DNA of 64,000 bases from Candidatus Bathyarchaeota archaeon (lineage in GTDB: Archaea > Thermoproteota > Bathyarchaeia > Bathyarchaeales > Bathycorpusculaceae). The translations under genes were made by a program, and so were the position numbers. The stretch lies in NCBI GenBank assembly GCA_963832745.1, contig CAWHVC010000003.1, positions 96,001 to 160,000 of the forward strand, given 5' to 3'. Under the pieces are notes generated by a model. That model worked only from the letters and a program-made list of their open reading frames with translations, was not told the DNA's origin and made no database searches. Shown in pieces: positions 58,073 through 64,000 of the stretch (the first letter of the stretch is position 1; each line of letters starts with the position of its first letter).

Positions 58073-59449
58073 ATGGTTGAACAATTTGACAGTATTGTTA
58101 TTGGTTCAGGCTCAGGCATGCTTATCGCTTCAATAGCAGTAGAACAAGGCCAAAAAGTAGCGCTTGTTGAAAGTGGACGCATGGGAGGAACCTGCATTAA
58201 CCGTGGTTGTGTGCCATCTAAAATGTTGATTTACCCCGCCGACGTAGCAGCCACCCTTAAAGATTCAGAAAAAATCGGCGTTAATGCAACCATAAACTCG
58301 ATGGATTTTCAGAACATCATGGCACGTATGCATAAGCTTGTTGATGGGGACTCAAACATGCAAGCTCAAGGAGTAGAACAAACGTCAACGCTTACATGGT
58401 TTAAAGAAACAGGAGAATTCACAGGCGACTACACCATGCAAATCGGTACTCAAACCATCACCGCCAAAAAAATATACATAGTGTCAGGCGCACGTTCAGC
58501 CATTCCACCGATTAAGGACCTTGAACGCATCAACTACCTAACAAGCGATAACGTGCTACAATTGCAGACCCCACCTAAAAGCGTTATAATTGTTGGCGGT
58601 GGATACATCGGCGTCGAATATGGCCACTTTTTTGCCGGAATGGGAGTAAAAACCACGATTATTCAACGTTCATCTAAACTGATACCGGAAGAGGAGCCGG
58701 AAGTTTCTGACTTGTTGAAGTTGGAACTGGAGAAAAGGATTGAATTATACACTAATTTTGAAGCTTTAGAGGCACGCCAAGAGCCTGACGGAGTAGTTTT
58801 GACCACCAGAAGCCGAATTGATGGAACCGTTAAAGAGTTTAAGGCTGAAAGGTTAATGATTGCAACTGGCCGAGTTTCAAACGCTGACATTCTTAGGCCA
58901 GAAAAAACTGGCGTACAACTTGACGAACGTGGTTACATAAAAGTTAACGATTATTTGGAAACCAGTAAGAAGAATATTTGGGCATTTGGCGACGCTATTG
59001 GAAAAGCCATGTTTAAACATGCCGCCAATTTTGAAGCTGGTATTGTTTGGCACAACTCAAATCATGACCACAAGGTTCCAATGAGCTACTTGACGGTGCC
59101 GCATGGAATCTTTACTCATCCTCAAGTTGCGTCTATTGGGCTTAAAGAGGCTGAAGCAAAAGCACAAAAACTTAACATCCTAATTGGCAGGGCGCTTTAT
59201 CGTGACACCGCCATGGGAGCCGCAATGGGTGAACCAAACGGTTTCGTAAAAGTAATTGTGGAGCAGAAAACGGGCAAAATCCTTGGCGCTCACATAATCG
59301 GCGTAGAAGCTCCAGTACTAATTCAGGAAATCGTTAACGCGATGGCTTCGGGCAACGGAACTTTCGAGCCCATTGCTCAGGCAATGCATATTCACCCGGC
59401 ACTTTCTGAAGTAGTGCAGAACGCATTTGGGAATTTGCAGCCGGCCTAA
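58073..59449 (+). CDS. Dihydrolipoamide dehydrogenase/mycothione reductase-family disulfide oxidoreductase
   Basis: GGTCINRGCVPSK, GGGYIG, HPALSE. Confidence 0.92.
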   Translation: MVEQFDSIVIGSGSGMLIASIAVEQGQKVALVESGRMGGTCINRGCVPSKMLIYPADVAATLKDSEKIGVNATINSMDFQNIMARMHKLVDGDSNMQAQGVEQTSTLTWFKETGEFTGDYTMQIGTQTITAKKIYIVSGARSAIPPIKDLERINYLTSDNVLQLQTPPKSVIIVGGGYIGVEYGHFFAGMGVKTTIIQRSSKLIPEEEPEVSDLLKLELEKRIELYTNFEALEARQEPDGVVLTTRSRIDGTVKEFKAERLMIATGRVSNADILRPEKTGVQLDERGYIKVNDYLETSKKNIWAFGDAIGKAMFKHAANFEAGIVWHNSNHDHKVPMSYLTVPHGIFTHPQVASIGLKEAEAKAQKLNILIGRALYRDTAMGAAMGEPNGFVKVIVEQKTGKILGAHIIGVEAPVLIQEIVNAMASGNGTFEPIAQAMHIHPALSEVVQNAFGNLQPA

Positions 59450-59516
59450 CGTTTGCCTGAATCTAAACAGTTATATTTGCCTAAAAACCTAATTTCTAAA
59501 CAGGAGTAGGTTTTTT

Positions 59517-59801
59517 ATGCAGTTTTCTAAAGTTGCTGGAAAAAAAGCAGACCACAAAGTAACCCTATACGCACTTAGCACCTGTGTCTGGTGCAAAATG
59601 ACAAAACAGTTTCTTGCCGATAATGGAGTAGAGTATCAGTTTGTTGATGTTGACTTGCTTGAGGATGACGACAGGGATAAAGCACGTGAAGCCATTTTAA
59701 AACTAGGCGCAACCCTAAGTTACCCTACAATAATTGTTGACGACAAAACTGTAATTACAGGTTTTAAGAAAGACCAGCTCAAAGAGGTGTTGGGAGTTTG
59801 A
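59517..59801 (+). CDS. Glutaredoxin (NrdH-like)
   Basis: CVWC, SYPT, ITGF. Confidence 0.9.
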   Translation: MQFSKVAGKKADHKVTLYALSTCVWCKMTKQFLADNGVEYQFVDVDLLEDDDRDKAREAILKLGATLSYPTIIVDDKTVITGFKKDQLKEVLGV

Positions 59802-60358
59802 CCACCATTGACCAGGTACGTCAAAGGGCAGAAGCAGACGCAAAAACTTATGGTTACTACTTAACACCAGACCCGGAACTGTTGCAAGCATTTTTTGAAG
59901 GATTAAAAACCAACGAAGACCGCTATGGATACCCCCTTTGCCCATGCCGGTTGGCGTCTGGAAAGTTTGAGTACGACAGAGACATAATTTGTCCCTGTGA
60001 CTATCGAGACCCCGACGTAGCTCAATATGGAGCATGCTACTGCCGCCTCTACGTAAACAAAACAGTGTATGAAAGCAAGAACCTTCCAGAAGTTCCCGAG
60101 CGGCGACCAATAGAAAAACAGAACCGAGCTTACCAACCAAAAACAGCAGCAACTGCAACTACGTCAACCTCCACAAGCCAGACAACTGCGGAAAAGCAGG
60201 CGCCAACCCAAGAGACAAAATCAGCTGCAGATGGGGAAGTGAAAAAGAAGCTTTGGTACTGCAAACAATGCGGTTATGTGGCTTACAGGGAAGATCCACC
60301 GTATGTTTGTCCGATTTGCAAGGCCAAACAGGAAATGTTTGAGGAATTAAAACCTTAA
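59798..60358 (+). CDS. Ferredoxin:thioredoxin reductase catalytic subunit with C-terminal rubredoxin-like domain (FDR-like)
   Basis: CPC, CPC, CYC motifs; CKQCGY...CPIC. Confidence 0.9.
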   Translation: MTTIDQVRQRAEADAKTYGYYLTPDPELLQAFFEGLKTNEDRYGYPLCPCRLASGKFEYDRDIICPCDYRDPDVAQYGACYCRLYVNKTVYESKNLPEVPERRPIEKQNRAYQPKTAATATTSTSTSQTTAEKQAPTQETKSAADGEVKKKLWYCKQCGYVAYREDPPYVCPICKAKQEMFEELKP

Positions 60359-60372
60359 GTCAGGTTTAGCGG

Positions 60373-60531
60373 TTAAGCTTTCTTTATTTCTAACTCGACT
60401 TTTTTCCAGTCTTCGTCAATGCCTTTAAGCGAAGACATTGCACCAACCATTGTTTTTGCCAAAAATTTTTCGACAAACTCGTTTAGTGGGATTTCTTTTC
60501 CGTCAACTTTTAGTTTACAGTTTAGGCTCAT
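60373..60531 (-). CDS. Small conserved hypothetical protein
   Basis: LKVDGKEIPLNEFV...GAMSSLKG. Confidence 0.7.
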   Translation of the reverse strand: MSLNCKLKVDGKEIPLNEFVEKFLAKTMVGAMSSLKGIDEDWKKVELEIKKA

Positions 60532-61034
60532 TAGGCTACACCGGTGTATGGTTTGATAAGCCTGAAAAATAAAGATTTTACTCACAAAAGATATTTTTGA
60601 TTAAAAATTCTGGACTGGTTTGCTTTTTCAAAAAAGGGGAAACTGATATTTGTTGTTTTGATTGTTTGAGTTATTATTCCTCATTTTTGTTTTCTCCTTT
60701 TTTGCTAATTATTGATTGGTGCGGCGGTCCTCTTCCTTTGCAGTGAATAATTGGCAAAGGCAAATACTAAGGATCCAACTCCAAAGGCAGCGATCAATAA
60801 GGCGCTCACCATTCGGTTTTTCCTCCTTTAAGGTACAATGCTGTTTTTGTCAGGGTTGTACCGGTTTTTGTTTTTGCCCGTTTTGGTTTTTTGGGTTTTT
60901 TGCTCATTTTTTGACCACCTTTTCGGTTACATAACAGATAATTGCTCATTAAAATATAAATATAGTTGTGATTTGTTCACACAATTTATGATTTATTAAG
61001 TAAATGTATGAAAATTAAAAGAAAAAGGGGACAC

Positions 61035-61598
61035 TTAAGTTTTTGAGCCCACAGCCTTAACCGTTACCCGCAACTTAGCCAAGTTTTCCTTAATCTCAGC
61101 CTTAACACCCATAGCAGCAAAATACTCTTCAAGGAAAACCTTAACAAACTCTTTAGAAACATCAGAAAACAAAATCAACGTAAAATCGTTAGGCGCATTC
61201 TTGGTAATTCGGAAAAAGTTGCACGCCTCAAGCCGAACGAGCATCTCTTCTGGCGAGTGAACCTTGGTCTTCAGTTGTTCCCAGTGTGAACGGGCGATTT
61301 CTCTATGTTCGCTCCAGAATTTCTCTTTCTCTTTTTCAGACGAAATTGCAACGAGCTGCAGGAATGATAACCAATGGTCAACATCTAAAATGACATGTTC
61401 ACCTGTCAGCAATAAATCCATGTAGGAACCAATTTTCTTTTTTGTATTCGGGTCTTCGAGTGGGCGGTTTTCGTTGTAGAATTTTAGGGCGCGCCGCATT
61501 ACTTCGCTTTGGGAAACTTGGGAGTCGGTGCTAATTTTTTCTAGCAACTCCGCGGTTTGTTTGTCGAAAGCTACCGTTATTCTTGTTGGGTTAGTCAT
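61035..61598 (-). CDS. CopG/RHH-family transcriptional regulator
   Basis: RITVAFD...SQSEVMRRAL; C-terminal sensory-like domain. Confidence 0.8.
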   Translation of the reverse strand: MTNPTRITVAFDKQTAELLEKISTDSQVSQSEVMRRALKFYNENRPLEDPNTKKKIGSYMDLLLTGEHVILDVDHWLSFLQLVAISSEKEKEKFWSEHREIARSHWEQLKTKVHSPEEMLVRLEACNFFRITKNAPNDFTLILFSDVSKEFVKVFLEEYFAAMGVKAEIKENLAKLRVTVKAVGSKT

Positions 61599-61853
61599 TC
61601 TCACACAACAGCCAATTAAACGTATGAGCAATAATTCATAATTCATATAAACATTTCTAATGTAATCAAGCCACTTTCTTGTGCATTATTAAAACTTTCA
61701 GGCGCAATCAACCCACAAACGTTAAACTCTCATAGACGTATACGAAAGCATCAACAAACATACAAAATCCCGAACGAGCATTTGAAAATCTTTTTAGCCC
61801 AAACCAAACATAAACCATTAGTGCACAGACGGTTTTAGGGAAGAAGCAATACC

Positions 61854-62510
61854 ATGAAAAACCCAAAAATTTACTTGCCACAAAAAGAAAGAACCAAAAA
61901 AATCATTGAACTCTTAGAAAAACAGTACCCAGACGCAAAAACCGCTCTAAACTATACTAATCCATTGGAGATTTTGGTTGCAACCATGCTTTCAGCGCAA
62001 ACAACCGACGAACGCGTCAACATAGTAACCCAAAGCTTATTTAAAAAATACAAGACACCGCAAGACTATGCAAACGTAGACATAAAAGAGCTCGAACAGG
62101 ACATCCGTTCAACAGGGTTTTACCATAACAAGGCACGTAACCTACAGAACTGTTGCAAAATGCTTATTGAAAGATTCCATGCTCGAGTTCCAAAAACTAT
62201 GCAGGAACTGCTTGAATTGCAGGGTGTGGCACGTAAAACCGCCAATATTGTGCTTTACAACGCTTATGGAGTCATTGATGGAGTGGCTGTGGATACTCAC
62301 GTGCGGAGGTTATCTCAACGGCTGGGTTTAGCAGACACTGATAACCCTGATCATATTGAACAGGAACTAATGCAAATAACGCCGAAAGAGAACTGGATGA
62401 AGCTGACTGATTTGCTGATTTTTCATGGACGTCAAGTATGCATTGCAAGAAAACCCAAATGCGAAATCTGCGTACTAAACGAGATATGCCCTTCAGCATT
62501 CACCTTTTAG
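61854..62510 (+). CDS. nth: Endonuclease III
   Basis: LSAQTTD, HhH GVARKTAN, VDTHV, C-x6-C-x2-C-x5-C. Confidence 0.95.
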   Translation: MKNPKIYLPQKERTKKIIELLEKQYPDAKTALNYTNPLEILVATMLSAQTTDERVNIVTQSLFKKYKTPQDYANVDIKELEQDIRSTGFYHNKARNLQNCCKMLIERFHARVPKTMQELLELQGVARKTANIVLYNAYGVIDGVAVDTHVRRLSQRLGLADTDNPDHIEQELMQITPKENWMKLTDLLIFHGRQVCIARKPKCEICVLNEICPSAFTF

Positions 62511-62566
62511 TTGAGAACTCAACATTTATATGATTTTGAAGCGCTGTCTAGTTTAAGGTTATTTTT

Positions 62567-63046
62567 ATGGCTGATAGAATAAAAGTCGGAGATAAAGCAC
62601 CTGATTTTAGTTTACAAGATACTGACTTGACAACGCATAAACTAAGCAAGTATTTGGGCAAAAAAGTGGTTTTAGCTTTTTTTGTTACAGCTTTCACTAC
62701 AACCTGCACCATGGAAGTTTGTCAATTTCGGGATTCCATGTCAAAACTGATTGATTTGGAAGCGCAGGTTATTGGAATAAGCGTTAACAGTGCAGTTTCA
62801 AACAGGGATTTTGTGGAAAGCAATCATTTGCCTTTTCCAGTGTTAACCGACGGCAAACAAGAAGTCATCAGAACCTACGGTTTAACCCCCGAAGAAGCTG
62901 TGGGCGCTAACGGTTACGAATACGTGAAACGGTCAGTTGTTATACTTGACAAAGAGGGTATTGTTCGTTATGTTTGGGTTGCAAATTCAGCAACGGTGGA
63001 ACCCAACTATGACGAGATACAAAAAATACTAAAAACAATCCCTTAA
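62567..63046 (+). CDS. Peroxiredoxin (BCP/PrxQ-like)
   Basis: [22 protein letters not shown]. Confidence 0.88.
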   Translation: MADRIKVGDKAPDFSLQDTDLTTHKLSKYLGKKVVLAFFVTAFTTTCTMEVCQFRDSMSKLIDLEAQVIGISVNSAVSNRDFVESNHLPFPVLTDGKQEVIRTYGLTPEEAVGANGYEYVKRSVVILDKEGIVRYVWVANSATVEPNYDEIQKILKTIP

Positions 63047-63092
63047 TTTTACTACAGAAAATTAACTGCACCAACACCGCTATGTTGTTCTC

Positions 63093-63148
63093 CAACCTGT
63101 TAGGAGCCTATTAGAGGTTCTATGTAAAAACCTAAGGGGGGTAGGTCG
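63093..63148 (+). repeat. Dispersed ~55-bp palindromic repeat, intact copy
   Basis: CAACCTGTTAGGAGCCTATTAGAGGTTCTATGTAAAAACCTAAGGGGGGTAGGTCG. Confidence 0.9.
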
Positions 63149-63306
63149 TATTGACGCTTTTTCAACCCAAAAACAAGCAGCAAAGCCTCATCTGCCAACA
63201 ACAACACGCAATTTCACCTGCAATTTTGCCCTTCAAAGTTTCAGGATAGCGAAAAGGTGAAAAGCAACTTTGTGTTGATTAAATCATAAGATATGGTGAC
63301 TCAAAA

Positions 63307-63504
63307 ATGAGCAACGATGTTGATATGGCTACTATCCAGTTAAACAATGAAAAAATGAATTTCCTCTTAGGCAAAAAAGACTTCAAAACTGGCAGCCGCG
63401 GTTATCATGCACAGGGCAAAATGATGTCAGGCGGCAAAAACTATCAAGTAAACATCCTTGTCGTAGAAATTGGTTCGAAACCTAAAGAAGAAAAGAAAAA
63501 GTAA
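63307..63504 (+). CDS. Small basic hypothetical protein
   Basis: GGTGA SD; KDFKTGSRGYHAQGK...YQVN. Confidence 0.7.
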   Translation: MSNDVDMATIQLNNEKMNFLLGKKDFKTGSRGYHAQGKMMSGGKNYQVNILVVEIGSKPKEEKKK

Positions 63505-63532
63505 AATAATTTTCTAAATTTTTTGTTTTTGT

Positions 63533-64000
63533 TTACACAACTATTGATGCATTGACTATAATGACTTCTTTGACTGGCCTGTCGTCTCGGTCTGTTTTTG
63601 TTTTGCCGATTGCTTCAACAACTTCCATGCCAGAAACTACTTTTCCGAATTGTGGATGCTTTGAGTCCAAGTAGTTGTTGTTGACTAAGTTGATGAAGAA
63701 TTGGCTGCTGCCAGTATTTGGACCAGCGTTCGCCATGGCAATAGTACCCTTATCATTATAGTTTTTCCTTGTGAATTCATCTTTAATGTCTGGGATTGAT
63801 GGGTCACCACAGCCAGTGCCTGTTGGGTCGCCGCCTTGAATCATAAAGCCCTTAATAACTCTGTGAAAAATTGTGCCGTTAAAGACTCCTTTCTGTGCCA
63901 AGTTTTTGAAGTTGTTTGTGGTTATTGGCATGTCGTTTCGTAACTGTAAGGTTATGTCGCCCATGCTTGTGTGAAGAAGGATTTTTGTGCCGTTAGTGTA
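63533..64000 (-). CDS. Cyclophilin-type peptidyl-prolyl isomerase (5' end outside window)
   Basis: FHRVIKGFMIQGGDP, AMANAGPNTGSSQFFI. Confidence 0.95.
   Translation of the reverse strand, partial: YTNGTKILLHTSMGDITLQLRNDMPITTNNFKNLAQKGVFNGTIFHRVIKGFMIQGGDPTGTGCGDPSIPDIKDEFTRKNYNDKGTIAMANAGPNTGSSQFFINLVNNNYLDSKHPQFGKVVSGMEVVEAIGKTKTDRDDRPVKEVIIVNASIVV

Noticed and set aside
3428-63148. Dispersed repeat as a CRISPR array
   Set aside because: Copies are mostly kilobases apart, in both orientations, without regular spacers, and no cas genes are present

Overview
Archaeal chromosomal window, probably from Bathyarchaeia (inferred from gene content). Core loci include cdc48, aIF5B, top6AB, the rps13-rps4-rps11-rpoD-rpl18e-rpl13-rps9-rpoN cluster, the psmA-SBDS-exosome-rpl37ae-pcc1 operon, a split archaeal glutamate synthase operon, and redox and transport genes. 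The main discovery is a ~12.5 kb provirus (39124-51661). It encodes an STIV-like double-jelly-roll major capsid protein, an FtsK/HerA-type packaging ATPase, many small membrane proteins and a non-canonical tyrosine recombinase. It is not integrated in a tRNA gene. Instead it splits one copy of a ~55-bp imperfectly palindromic intergenic repeat, whose other copies lie at ~3.4, ~6.3-6.4 and ~63.1 kb, and leaves a 9-bp TATGCAGAA duplication. Inside the provirus are inverted (TG)n repeats flanking a 1.1 kb gene block, a candidate -1 frameshift gene, shared promoter motifs and a compositionally distinct tip module. Host oddities include a voltage-sensor/CorA fusion, a nonsense codon removing a surface-protein anchor, and a frameshifted gltB3. 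All assignments come from reading motifs by eye; no database searches were run.
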